A DNA stretch of 63,979 nucleotides, the filler included, from Vicugna vicugna (lineage: Eukaryota), in NCBI GenBank assembly GCA_013265495.1. It is 75 parts of 71 records of this genome, joined end to end, with 100 filler letters (N's around TTAATTAATTAA, not from the genome) between each part and the next. Parts side by side here need not be neighbours in the genome. Positions count along the whole stretch, not along the records: positions 37,228 to 38,119 come from PNXW01020012.1; positions 38,220 to 39,307 come from MU061643.1; positions 39,408 to 39,879 come from MU061644.1; positions 39,980 to 40,441 come from PNXW01020020.1; positions 40,542 to 41,207 come from PNXW01020021.1; positions 41,308 to 41,839 come from MU061645.1; positions 41,940 to 42,700 come from PNXW01020024.1; positions 42,801 to 43,516 come from MU061646.1; 67 more parts are not named here. One strand, written 5' to 3'. Below are positions 37,560 through 50,515 of the stretch, one piece after another (positions within the stretch are counted from its first letter, which is position 1; each line of letters opens with the position of its first letter). Made by a program: the position numbers and the translations under genes. The notes below the pieces were generated by a model. That model had not been told where the DNA came from. It did no database searches and saw only the letters and a list, made by a program, of their open reading frames with translations.

Positions 37560-38219
37560 CTATATTGGGAGAATGAAAACACAAACCAGGAAACTATTTT
37601 CACACTTTTAGTACACAGATTTTTCTTACGTTGCTGGTAGTTAAAGCACTTGTGTAAACACACACACATGTGGCACTTGTAAAAGTGAAGATATAATAAA
37701 AATAGATTTGCAAACCATCATACATTTTTGCCTTAAAGATAATTTCTTGTTTGAAATTACTGAAAAGTTATTTGAAATCGTTACACTTCATTCATAAAAT
37801 AACCAATGTTTTAGATGAAGAAAAGCAAACTTGTTAATTTTTGATCCAAATTAGTAACTAAAAATAGAAACACCAAAATATTCTTTGCAGTGGTATTGTA
37901 ATGACAATTTTTTTAATTTCTGATAATGACAATTAATTTCTGAAACCTAGGACTATTTACATATCTGTTCAATATAGTGTTAAACAGCCATTAAAAGGGA
38001 TTTAAAAGAATTATATTTATTGATATGGAATACATAATAAAAGAAGAAAGCAAAAATTATGTGAAATAATAACGTTCCTTTTTGGAAGGGAAAAATATCT
38101 TCATTTGAACAAAAAAATGNNNNNNNNNNNNNNNNNNNNNNNNNNNNNNNNNNNNNNNNNNNNTTAATTAATTAANNNNNNNNNNNNNNNNNNNNNNNNN
38201 NNNNNNNNNNNNNNNNNNN

Positions 38220-39307
38220 TTTCATCCACCAAACAAGGCATATATACACTTTGAATGTGTACTCCTACTTCAGAGGCTTTTTCTATCACCAGGGTCTAAA
38301 ATCGGACATTTGGCACCAGAAAACACTCTTTGAGCAAATTCTCAACAATACACATGTAATTTACATTGTTTACATAACCGTGGCATTCCATATTCCGAAC
38401 ATGTTTCATGCATCANNNNNNNNNNNNNNNNNNNNNNNNNNNNNNNNNNNNNNNNNNNNNNNNNNNNNNNNNNNNNNNNNNNNNNNNNNNNNNNNNNNNN
38501 NNNNNNNNNNNNNNNNNNNNNNNNNNNNNNNNNNNNNNNNNNNNNNNNNNNNNNNNNNNNNNNNNNNNNNNNNNNNNNNNNNNNNNNNNNNNNNNNNNNN
38601 NNNNNNNNNNNNNNNNNNNNNNNNNNNNNNNNNNNNNNNNNNNNNNNNNNNNNNNNNNNNNNNNNNNNNNNNNNNNNNNNNNNNNNNNNNNNNNNNNNNN
38701 NNNNNNNNNNNNNNNNNNNNNNNNNNNNNNNNNNNNNNNNNNNNNNNNNNNNNNNNNNNNNNNNNNNNNNNNNNNNNNNNNNNNNNNNNNNNNNNNNNNN
38801 NNNNNNNNNNNNNNNNNNNNNNNNNNNNNNNNNNNNNNNNNNNNNNNNNNNNNNNNNNNNNNNNNNNNNNNNNNNNNNNNNNNNNNNNNNNNNNNNNNNN
38901 NNNNNNNNNNNNNNNNNNNNNNNNNNNNNNNNNNNNNNNNNNNNNNNNNNNNNNNNNNNNNNNNNNNNNNNNNNNNNNNNNNNNNNNNNNNNNNNNNNNN
39001 NNNNNNNNNNNNNNNNNNNNNNNNNNNNNNNNNNNNNNNNNNNNNNNNNNNNNNNNNNNNNNNNNNNNNNNNNNNNNNNNNNNNNNNNNNNNNNNNNNNN
39101 NNNNNNNNNNNNNNNNNNNNNNNNNNNNNNNNNNNNNNNNNNNNNNNNNNNNNNNNNNNNNNNNNNNNNNNNNNNNNNNNNGAGTTGTGAACATGCACAT
39201 GACTGATTTTTCAACCACCAAACAAATTAACTATGCACTTTGAATTATTAAATTTGACTTCATAGCATCTTCCTTTCACCAGTTTCAAGAATCACAATTT
39301 GACCCCA
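38220..39307. repeat. ~740-bp trimeric satellite (reverse orientation)
   Basis: Family motifs. Confidence 0.9.
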
Positions 39308-39407
39308 NNNNNNNNNNNNNNNNNNNNNNNNNNNNNNNNNNNNNNNNNNNNTTAATTAATTAANNNNNNNNNNNNNNNNNNNNNNNNNNNNNNNNNNNNN
39401 NNNNNNN

Positions 39408-40441
39408 CATTTATTCCATGGTTGTGGGTTGTAGGTTAAAAACCCACATCACTTGGATAGGCTTTCGCTAATACTAGGGTTAGAGCCCAACCCCCACTTT
39501 CCCCCACTCTCCAGCCTAGGCATGCCATCAGGGAAGACAAGCCAAGTGATTCTTTTAGAACCCAGGCGCTGCTGTCATTTGGAGGAGCCTCCCCACAATC
39601 ACGATACCTGAGCACGTCTCCGTGTGTGTGCTGGAGGTGGGGAAACAGATTCCACGCATCTTTATGGGGCAGAGGTGTTCCAAGGTTGGGAAAGNNNNNN
39701 NNNNNNNNNNNNNNNNNNNNNNNNNNNNNNNNNNNNNNNNNNNNNNNNNNNNNNNNNNNNNNTCGCTTACTGCCTAGGAAAAACACTTAGGGAAGTCAAG
39801 CTAAGGGTTTCTATTAAAACCCAAGTGCTGCTGGCTGTTGGAGGAACCTCCCCACACTCAGAACCCTAGAACACTTCTTNNNNNNNNNNNNNNNNNNNNN
39901 NNNNNNNNNNNNNNNNNNNNNNNTTAATTAATTAANNNNNNNNNNNNNNNNNNNNNNNNNNNNNNNNNNNNNNNNNNNNTGGGTGCTCAGGTGTTTCCCT
40001 TTATGGAGAATTCATCTAAATTCTCCTCAGTCCATCGGGGACACCCGTTACTATTTGGCCTCAAAGCCCAACCCCCAGCTTTCTCTCAGAGTCAGTCCTA
40101 GGGAAACACTCAGGGATTACAAGCTAAGGGATTCTATTAGAACCCAGCCGCTTCTGTCACCTGAAAGTGCCAGCCCACAAAAAACTTCTTCATGTGTGTT
40201 CTGGTGGAGGGGATACAGAGTCCACGCTATTTTCAAGGAGCACAGGTATTCCCATGTTGTGGGGTTTTGGATAATAACCTCCAAATCCCATGGAGAAGCA
40301 CTCGCTAATACTTGGATTTAGAGCCCAACCCACCCTTTCTCCAGCACACCGTATCAGGCAACCAAACATGGTAGGCAAGTTAAGCGATTTTATAAAAACC
40401 AAAGCCCTGCTCTCAGTTGGAGGAGGCTGCCCACTCTCAGG
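39408..40441. repeat. Family D diverged ~267-bp satellite (two scaffolds)
   Basis: AGAACCCAG...CTGCTG...TGGAGGA motifs. Confidence 0.9.
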
Positions 40442-40541
40442 NNNNNNNNNNNNNNNNNNNNNNNNNNNNNNNNNNNNNNNNNNNNTTAATTAATTAANNN
40501 NNNNNNNNNNNNNNNNNNNNNNNNNNNNNNNNNNNNNNNNN

Positions 40542-41207
40542 ATTCTATATTCGAAATTCTATATTCAGTATTCTGTTTTCTATATTTTAAATATATGTTC
40601 TGCATACCATGTTCTAAATTCCTGGTTTTGAATTCTGTTTTTCATATTCTATATTCTGTGTTCTACATTCTATAATCTGTATTCTATATTCTGCATTCCG
40701 TATTCTATATTCTGTGTTCCACATTGTATATTCATATTCTATATTCAGTATTCTGTACTCTTTATTCTTCATTCTGTGTTCTGCATTCCATGTTCCAAAT
40801 TCTGGGTTCTATATTCTCTATTCTATATTCCATATTCTGTGTTCTACATTCTATATTCCAAATTCTATATTCAGTATTCTGTATATTAATATTCCAATTC
40901 TGTATTCTGCACTCCATGTTCTAAATTCTGTGTTTTACATTCTATATTCTGTATTCAATATTCTGCATTCCGTTTTCGACATTCCATAATCTATGTTCAC
41001 ATTCTATATTCTAAATTCGATATTCAGTATTCTGTATTCTATATTCTAAATTCTGTGTTCTGCATTCCATATTCTAAATTCTGAGTTCTATATTCTCTAT
41101 TCTATATTCTATATTTTGTGTTCATCTTTCTATATTCTATATTCTATATTCTGCTTTCCTTTGTCTATATTATATATTATGTGTTCTACATTGTATATTC
41201 TAAATTC
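40542..41207. repeat. 7-bp satellite
   Basis: Heptamers. Confidence 0.95.
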
Positions 41208-41307
41208 NNNNNNNNNNNNNNNNNNNNNNNNNNNNNNNNNNNNNNNNNNNNTTAATTAATTAANNNNNNNNNNNNNNNNNNNNNNNNNNNNNNNNNNNNN
41301 NNNNNNN

Positions 41308-41839
41308 ATTGTCAGTGCGTGGGGGAGCTCGAGAGACAACTTCATGCAGCTCACTTCAGTCATAGGTGTTCCCTGTTCGGGTAAGTCCGAGAAATAAATT
41401 CCCTGATTTTGGGGAGGCAGCCTCGGTCACTGGGATATCCTGCAATCACCCCTAGCTTTCCCTGGCACAGAGACATTAGGAAAAGCCTCAGGGGAGACGG
41501 NNNNNNNNNNNNNNNNNNNNNNNNNNNNNNNNNNNNNNNNNNNNNNNNNNNNNNNNNNNNNNNNNNNNNNNNNNNNNNNNNNNNNNNNNNNNNNNNNNNN
41601 NNNNNNNNNNNNNNNNNNNNNNNNNNNNNNNNNNNNNNNNNNNNNNNNNNNNNNNNNNNNNNNNNNNNNNNNNNNNNNNNNNNNNNNNNNNCTTCCCTGA
41701 CCTTGGGGAGGCAGCCTCTGACACTGGGATATCCTGCAATCACCCCTAGCATTCCCTGGCACAGAGATATTAGGAAAATCCTCAGGGGAGATTGGCATAG
41801 GCATTCTGTTAGAACCCACGCGCTGCCGTCGGTTTGAGG
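41308..41839. repeat. 267-bp satellite
   Basis: CACTGGGATATCCTGCAATCACCCCTAGC repeated. Confidence 0.95.
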
Positions 41840-42525
41840 NNNNNNNNNNNNNNNNNNNNNNNNNNNNNNNNNNNNNNNNNNNNTTAATTAATTAANNNNN
41901 NNNNNNNNNNNNNNNNNNNNNNNNNNNNNNNNNNNNNNNAACAGAAGAATGGATGTATAAATGGTAGTCTAACCACATGTGGGACATACTGGATCAGAAG
42001 GGCGTATGGTATAATAAGACCTACAAGATTTATTATTGAGTTTACAAAACAAGTTACAGAGGGTTGGCCCAAAATGTGTATTTGTATCATAATGAAAGAT
42101 AAATAAAATGCTACATGTTTTTTTGTTTATTCAAATCTACAGAAAACCACCTGGAAGCATCAACTCCAAATTGATGAAGATGAGGAGAGAACTAGGGTAA
42201 TAAGTGATGAAAGGATCAGAATAGCCAGTGGGAGTCAAAGGAGAGTTTAATCTCTACAATGTTTTATCACTTTTAATCATTCATATATTCATGAATTCTT
42301 CCTATTGTTAAAGTTAATAAAAAGTAATAAAAAGCCATCCTAAGAGTTTATGCATACTCTTTTCTGTTCTTCTCTTCAAAAAAGAAGGAAGGAGAAAAAA
42401 ACTACCTTGTTCATAAGATTTTATTCAACCATCCCATGTGTAAGTATTTCTCTCTCCTTTGGGATCATAAAGCATTTAGTTTTCATTCTGTTTAGGATCC
42501 TATGCTTTGACTCTATTATAGTTAC

Positions 42526-42536
42526 ATATATATATA

Positions 42537-42570
<34 letters not shown>

Positions 42571-42700
42571 TCATATGTATATATATATGTATGTGTGTGT
42601 GTGTGTATATATGTAACTATAATATATATATATGTAACATATATATGTCTTATATACATATAACATATAACTATAATATATATATGTAATATATATATAT
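42526..42700. repeat. Compound (TA)n/(CA)n/(TG)n microsatellite
   Basis: Direct inspection. Confidence 0.9.
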
Positions 42701-42800
42701 NNNNNNNNNNNNNNNNNNNNNNNNNNNNNNNNNNNNNNNNNNNNTTAATTAATTAANNNNNNNNNNNNNNNNNNNNNNNNNNNNNNNNNNNNNNNNNNNN

Positions 42801-43516
42801 GTGTTCTTCATTCTATATTCTACATACTATATTCTGAATTCCCTAACCTATATTCTATATGCTGTGTTCTTCATTCTATATTCTAAAATCTTTTTTTTCA
42901 GTATTCTGAATTCTATATTCTTAATTCTGTGTTCTTCAGTCCATGTTCTAAATTCTGGGTTTTGTATTCTGTTTTCAATATTCTATATTCTGTGTTCTAT
43001 ATTCTAATATCTGTATTCTATATTCTGCATTCCGTATTCTATATTCTATATTCTGTGTTCTATATTGTATATTCTAACTTCTATATTCAGTATTCCGTAT
43101 TCTATATCCTAAACTCTGTGTTCTACATTGTATATTCATATTCTATATTTGTATTCGGTATTCTATATTCTAAATTCTGTGTTCTGCATTCCATGTTCTA
43201 AATTTTGTGTTCTATATTCTGTATTCTATATTCTATATTCNNNNNNNNNNNNNNNNNNNNNNNNNNNNNNNNNNNNNNNNNNNNNNNNNNNNNNNNNNNN
43301 NNNNNNNNNNNNNNNNNNNNNNNNNNNNNNNNNNNNNNNNNNNNNNNNNNNNNNNNNNNNNNNNNNNNNNNNNNNNNNNNNNNNTTGTGTTCTATATTCT
43401 GTATTTTATATTCTATATTCTGTGTTCAACATTCTATATTCTAAATTGTATATTCAGTATTCTGTATTCCGTATACTAAATTCTGTGTTCTTCTTTCTAT
43501 ATTCTAAATTCTATAC
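42801..43516. repeat. 7-bp satellite
   Basis: Heptamers. Confidence 0.95.
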
Positions 43517-43616
43517 NNNNNNNNNNNNNNNNNNNNNNNNNNNNNNNNNNNNNNNNNNNNTTAATTAATTAANNNNNNNNNNNNNNNNNNNNNNNNNNNN
43601 NNNNNNNNNNNNNNNN

Positions 43617-44174
43617 ACAAAAATTATTTTAAAATTAAAAATAGAATTATCCTAGGATCCATTAATCCTGTTTCTGGGTATATATATATACAAAAATGAA
43701 AACAGGATAGCCAAGAGATATTTGCACTCTCGTATTTACTGTAGCATTATTCACAATAGCCAAGATATGGAAACAGTATAAATATCTGTCAACAGATGAA
43801 TGATAAAGAAGATGTGATGTAAATATGTATACATATATACACACAGTTTACCCTTGAATATAATATTGTTATATACATATGTATATACAGCTGAACCTTG
43901 AACAACAGAGTTTGAACCATATAGGTCCAACTACAAGCAGATATTTTTTCAGTAAATACTACTACGGTACCGCATGATCTACAGACACAGAACTGCGGAT
44001 GTGGAGGGCTGACTGTAAAGTATGTGGATTTTTGACTGTGTGGAGTGGTCAGTGCCCCTAAACCCTGCATTGTTCAAGAGTCTATACATAGAGAGGGGGG
44101 AATATTATTCAGCCACAAAAAAGGAAATTCTGCCACTTGTGACAACATGGATGGACCTTGAGGGCATTATGCTA
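43617..44174 (+). mobile_element. Old LINE-1 3' end interrupted by a DNA transposon
   Basis: GCATTATTCACAATAGCCAAGATATGG...AACAGATGAATG before the insert; GAATATTATTCAGCC...ACATGGATGGACCTTGAGGGCATTATGCTA after it. Confidence 0.85.
43888..44083. mobile_element. Tigger2-family (MER8-like) non-autonomous DNA transposon
   Basis: TA-preceded CAGCTGAACCTTGAACAA at left and TTGTTCAAGAGTC at right form terminal inverted repeats resembling CAGTTGACCCTTGAACAA. Confidence 0.7.
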
Positions 44175-44896
44175 NNNNNNNNNNNNNNNNNNNNNNNNNN
44201 NNNNNNNNNNNNNNNNNNTTAATTAATTAANNNNNNNNNNNNNNNNNNNNNNNNNNNNNNNNNNNNNNNNNNNNTCTAAATATATAAGAGAAAAAACAGA
44301 AACAGAATCACATATATAATTTTAGTGTATCAAGTAGTGGTTTCCTCTGGTGACACGGAAGGAGGATGGTGAAGACAGACATATGCAAGTTACTACTTAC
44401 AAATTATAGAACCAACAGTGCTATATTTACAGCACAGAAAAATATTTTCATAATTTAAATGATTTTAAAGTGATTACAGGCATATATTATACTAAAATGT
44501 GCATGCATGTGGGAAAAACTTTGAAGAAAAGAACCCAGGAAAATCAAAATATTTTGAAGTACTCTGATATTAAGGGAGCTGATTTATTCACTTTCTTTAC
44601 TGTTCTTATAATGTCCTTAGTAGAATTTAAGCTTTTAAATGAACAAGTTAAGACTTTGGAAAAAGTGACTTAAGTTTAAACTATTTCTGTCTCTCCCCTT
44701 AAATCTACAGTCAGTGAAATTTTCACATCTGAACAAAATAACTAACTGAACAAAATAACTACAACACAAAACAATACTCCAGAACAAGTGTGTGCANNNN
44801 NNNNNNNNNNNNNNNNNNNNNNNNNNNNNNNNNNNNNNNNTTAATTAATTAANNNNNNNNNNNNNNNNNNNNNNNNNNNNNNNNNNNNNNNNNNNN

Positions 44897-45406
44897 TTCT
44901 TGTTATTTTTTTTATTATTAGTTTTTATGATGTCTTTATATTTTGGAAATTTAGCCTTTGTCTGTTGCATCTTTCCTAAATATTTTCTTTAATCTTGTAG
45001 GTTGTCATTTTGCTTTGTTTATGGTTCCCTTTGCTGTGCAAAAGCTTATAAGTTTAATTATGTCCCATTTATTAATTTTGCTCTTACATCCATTACCTGG
45101 GTAGGCTGTTCTAGGAGATCATTGCTGAGATTTATCTCAGAGTGTTTTGCCCATGTTTTCTTGTTGGAGATTTACTCTGTCTTGACTTACATTTAAGTCT
45201 TCAAGGCTTTTTGAGTTTATTCTTGTGTATGGATTGAAGGAGTGTTCTAAATCCATTGCTCTGATGCTGCTGTCCAGTTTTCCCAACATCAGTTGGTGAA
45301 GAGATGGTATTTTCTCCGTCATATTCTTGGCTACTCTGCCAAATATTAATTGAACGTAGGGCTGTAGATTTATTCCTAGGCTCTCTATTCTGTTGCATTG
45401 GTCCAT
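44897..45406 (-). mobile_element. LINE-1 ORF2 fragment
   Basis: MDQCNRIES...QLIFG...YTRINSK; close paralog of 9533-9850. Confidence 0.9.
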
Positions 45407-46037
45407 NNNNNNNNNNNNNNNNNNNNNNNNNNNNNNNNNNNNNNNNNNNNTTAATTAATTAANNNNNNNNNNNNNNNNNNNNNNNNNNNNNNNNNNNNNN
45501 NNNNNNAATACTACTGGACTCGTTACCTGAGAGACCACCTGTGCCTCTTAGGCTGAGGCAGCTGAGAATGACGGGGTTGGGAGGGCTGTATTATTTTCAC
45601 ACAGGTCAGAGTCAGGACTAGGGGAACTAAATATTTCAGACTGCTCCTTCCTTTGGATATTTACTGAATATTACTTTGCCCCTCTCTCTCAAGTCAGCAG
45701 TCTTAAAGTAACACACTCTTTCAAAGTATTTATTTTCATAAGCTGCGGACTGGACTCTAATAAACAGTGACATGGCTGTAAGAGATGGTTTGACAGTAGG
45801 GATGTTTTCATGCAGTAGACATTACAATAGGCTTTTCACTAGAGATAGCCCAATATGTTGCTGCTTATTGTATTGATTTGTATCCAAGGTCTTTTTAGTT
45901 GCAAAAAGGGCAATATTTAGTTGCTTCTAAATATCAGNNNNNNNNNNNNNNNNNNNNNNNNNNNNNNNNNNNNNNNNNNNNTTAATTAATTAANNNNNNN
46001 NNNNNNNNNNNNNNNNNNNNNNNNNNNNNNNNNNNNN

Positions 46038-48268
46038 CCTTCGCTCCCAGCCGGTCCTTGGAAAACACACAGGGAAGTCAACTTAAGGGATTTTATTAGA
46101 TCCCAGATGCTGCTGTCAGTTGGAGGTGCCTCCCCACACTCAGGATACAAGAACACTTCTTCATGTGTGTGCTGGAGGTGGGGAAACAGAGTCCACGCAT
46201 TTTTCAAGGAGCACAGGTGTTCCCAGGTTGTGGGATGTGGGTTTTGGTTAATAACCTCCACTTCCCATGAAGAAGCACTCGCTAATACTTGGATTTAGAG
46301 CCCAACCCACACTTTCCCCCGCACTCCGTATCAGGCAACCAAACAGGGAAGACAAGTTAAGCGATTTTATTAGAACCCAGGCCCTGCTGTCATTTGGAGG
46401 AGGCTGCCCACTCTCAGTATACCTGTGCAAGAGTTCGTGTGTGTGCTGGAGGTCTGGAAACAGACTCCACGGGTATATATGGGGGCACAGGTGTTCCCAG
46501 GTTAGGGATGTAGTTTAAAAACCTCCACTAACCATAGAGAGGTACTCGCAAATACTTGGTCTGGATCCCAAACCACACTTTCTCCCGCACTCCCGCCTAT
46601 GCAAACCATCAGGGAAGAGAAGCAAAGGGATTCAGTTAGAACCCAGGCGCTGCTGTCAGTTGGAGGAACTTCTCTGCACTCAGGATTCCGGAACACATTC
46701 GTATTTGTTTGGGAGTTGTGCAGCCCCACTCCACATAGATGAACAGGGGCAAAAGTGTTCCCTTTATGGAGAAGTCCTCTAAGTACTTCCNNNNNNNNNN
46801 NNNNNNNNNNNNNNNNNNNNNNNNNNNNNNNNNNTTAATTAATTAANNNNNNNNNNNNNNNNNNNNNNNNNNNNNNNNNNNNNNNNNNNNAAGTCAAGCT
46901 AAGGGATTCTATGAAAACCCAGGTGCTGCTGTCTGCTGGAGGAACTTCCCCACACTCAGAACCCCAGAAAACTTCTTCCTGTGTGTGCTGGACCTGGGGA
47001 AACATAGCACACGCATTTTTCAGGGGTCACAGTAATTCCCAAGTTGTGGGTTGTAGTTTAAACATCTCCACTACCCATGGAGAGGCACACGCTAATACTT
47101 AGTTTTAGATCCCAAATCCCACTTTCAACCACACACTGGCGTAGGCAAANNNNNNNNNNNNNNNNNNNNNNNNNNNNNNNNNNNNNNNNNNNNNNNNNNN
47201 NNNNNNNNNNNNNNNNNNNNNNNNNNNNNNNNNNNNNNNNNNNNNNNNNNNNNNNNNNNNNNNNNNNNNNNNNNNNNNNNNNNNNNNNNNNNNNNNNNNN
47301 NNNNNNNNNNNNNNNNNNNNNNNNNNNNNNNNNNNNNNNNNNNNNNNNNNNNNNNNNNNNNNNNNNNNNNNNNNNNNNNNNNNNNNNNNNNNNNNNNNNN
47401 NNNNNNNNNNNNNNNNNNNNNNNNNNNNNNNNNNNNNNNNNNNNNAATGTGTGTTGTTGGGGATACAGAGTCCACGCTTTTTTCAAGGAGCACAGGTATT
47501 CCCATGTTGTGGGGTTTTGGATAATAACCTCCAAATCCCATGGAGAATCACTCGCTAATACTTGGCTTGGANNNNNNNNNNNNNNNNNNNNNNNNNNNNN
47601 NNNNNNNNNNNNNNNTTAATTAATTAANNNNNNNNNNNNNNNNNNNNNNNNNNNNNNNNNNNNNNNNNNNNGGGTTCTGATTGTGGGGAGGTTCCTCCAA
47701 CAGACAGCAGAACCTGGGTTTTAATAAAATCCCTTAGCTTGACTTCCCTATGTGTTTTCCTAGGCCTAGCAGTAAGCGATGGTGTGGGATGGGCTCTAAA
47801 GCCAAGTATTAGCGAGTGCATCTCTGTTGGTAGTGGANNNNNNNNNNNNNNNNNNNNNNNNNNNNNNNNNNNNNNNNNNNNNNNNNNNNNNNNNNNNNNN
47901 NNNNNNNNNNNNNNNNNNNNNNNNNNNNNNNNNNNNNNNNNNNNNNNNTATCCTGATGGACGCTCCTCCAAATGATAGCAGCGCCTGGGTTCTAAAAGAA
48001 TCCCTTAGCTTGTCTTTCCTGATGGAATGCCTAGGCTGCAGATTGGGGGAAGTGGGGGTTGGGCTCTAAACCATGTATTAGCGAGAGCCTATACATGGGA
48101 TGTGGGTTTTTAACCTACAACCACAACCATGGAATAAATGTGCGCCCTGAAAGATGCTTTGACTGTTTCCCTACATCCAGCACGCTCACGAAGAAGTGCT
48201 CAACTACAACCCACAACCATGCCATATATGTGCCCCCTAAAAGATGCTTTGACTGTTTCCCTACATCC
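46038..48268. repeat. Family D diverged ~267-bp satellite (three scaffolds; third reversed)
   Basis: Anchors at 46097, 46371, 46637 (274 with a small insertion, 266 bp). Confidence 0.9.
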
Positions 48269-48906
48269 NNNNNNNNNNNNNNNNNNNNNNNNNNNNNNNN
48301 NNNNNNNNNNNNTTAATTAATTAANNNNNNNNNNNNNNNNNNNNNNNNNNNNNNNNNNNNNNNNNNNNGGGGACTCAGATCTGAGAATAGCCTGGAATCC
48401 TGGAAAACTTCACACAGGAACCCCGTGGGCTGGACCAGCGCTCACAGGGCTGCTGTGGGACCAGCTCCATCGTCAGAGACCTGGGTGTGGACCATTCCAT
48501 GGGGAAAAGGGATGAGCCCGATGCCAAATCAGATAGGAGCGACAAAGTGTGTTCATTCTCATGTGACTAGGGCTTTGTGGCCTGGCTCACGGGTGGCAGG
48601 CTCAGGATGGTGTCTGGCAGAGAAAACCCTGGCAATGGGTTTGAGATGTCTTGGACTCTTTCTTGTTAAGCTTTTTGTAATACATTCTTATCAACTATCC
48701 ATCCTGAAATGCCAAATTCAAAACTGAAAGAATGTTAGAAGTTGCCTGCTCCAAAAATGGAAAACACACACTGCTACAGTTAGATAGCTGGTCAGGCAGC
48801 CTCTGCNNNNNNNNNNNNNNNNNNNNNNNNNNNNNNNNNNNNNNNNNNNNTTAATTAATTAANNNNNNNNNNNNNNNNNNNNNNNNNNNNNNNNNNNNNN
48901 NNNNNN

Positions 48907-49445
48907 CTAGCTTGAAGGGAACACAAAGTTTCCTTTCAGTTGCAAAATCCAATCCATACATATACATGGGGATGTAAAAGCTCCAACTCGGTTTTACAGT
49001 GAAAACGGCAGGCACTTCAAACCGGCACTAGGAAACAGACTCAGAAAGCAGAGTCAGTGTTTCTCCTGCAACCAGTTCCCTTTGTGCTGNNNNNNNNNNN
49101 NNNNNNNNNNNNNNNNNNNNNNNNNNNNNNNNNNNNNNNNNNNNNNNNNNNNNNNNNNNNNNNNNNNNNNNNNNNNNNNNNNNNNNNNNNNNNNNNNNNN
49201 NNNNNNNNNNNNNNNNNNNNNNNNNNNNNNNNNNNNNNNNNNNNNNNNNNNNNNNNNNNNNNNNNNNNNGCACTAGTAACTGAGAAAGCAGAGTCAGTGA
49301 TTCCCCTGCAATCCGTTCCCTTTGTGCTGGATGAACGAACGTCTCTCCACATGCTCATTTCTGAGAATTAAGTGTGTGTGAAAGCCGTACTTCACTTAGA
49401 TTGATGGGAACATAAAGTTTCCTTTCAGATGCAAACTCCACTCCA
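48907..49445. repeat. ~248-bp satellite (family E)
   Basis: GCTGGATGAACGAACGTCTCTCCACATGCTC motif. Confidence 0.9.
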
Positions 49446-49959
49446 NNNNNNNNNNNNNNNNNNNNNNNNNNNNNNNNNNNNNNNNNNNNTTAATTAATTA
49501 ANNNNNNNNNNNNNNNNNNNNNNNNNNNNNNNNNNNNNNNNNNNNAAGTGATAGAGCCCAAAAGTGACTTGAAAGCTCTGTAGCAGAGTAAGTAACTATG
49601 AGTATCCCAGATCCAAAGGCTTCATGAAGAAGGTAGAATGGAAATTAAGCCTGGGAGATTCAATAATATGCTCATGATGGGTGAGACTACCTGTTATGTG
49701 ACATAGGGGATGCACAGAAGCTTAATGATGTGAGTAGTCTCCTGCATAAAACACACAAGTGTCCAATGGAGAGGCCAGTATGGGCTTCAGTAATGAACTG
49801 GATCATCGAGATAATAAAAATGGATGCATTTGACTAGGGATCTAGCAGCCACTGGTATCTTGTGAAAAGGCTCCTAACAAACCTGTGAAAAACATATTAT
49901 CTGTATTTCACAGTTGAGAATGAGATTTCAGAAAGATGTGGTAATTTACATACTTCTCA

Positions 49960-50515
49960 AAAATGTTCTCCTAGGGCAGTGTACTCAAGCAATAGAAATA
50001 AAAGCAAGAATAAACAAATGGGACCTAATAAAACTTGCAAGCTTCTGCACAGCAAAGTAAACCATAAACAAAACAAAATGACAACCTACGGAATGGGAGA
50101 GAATTTTTGCAAAAGATGAAACTGACAAAGGCTTGATCTCCAGAATATATAAGCAGCTCACATGACTTAACAAGAAAAAAACAAACAACCCTATCCAAGA
50201 ACAGGCAGAAGACCTAAACAAGCAATTCTCCAAGAAAGAAATACAAATCATAAATAGGCACATGAAAAAATGCTCAATATTACTAATTATCAGAGAAATG
50301 CAAATCAAAACTACAATGAGATATTACCTCACCCTAATCAGAATGGCCATCATTGAAAAGTCCACAAATGACAAATGCTGGAGAGGATGGGAATGCAGTG
50401 CAGCCACTGTGGAAAACAGTATGGAGATTCCTCAAAAGACTAGGAATAGACTTACCAAATGACCCAGGAATCCCACTCCTGGGCATATATCCAGAAGGAA
50501 CTCTACTCTACTTGA
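49960..50515 (+). mobile_element. 5'-truncated LINE-1 ORF2 C-terminal fragment
   Basis: [52 protein letters not shown]. Confidence 0.92.
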
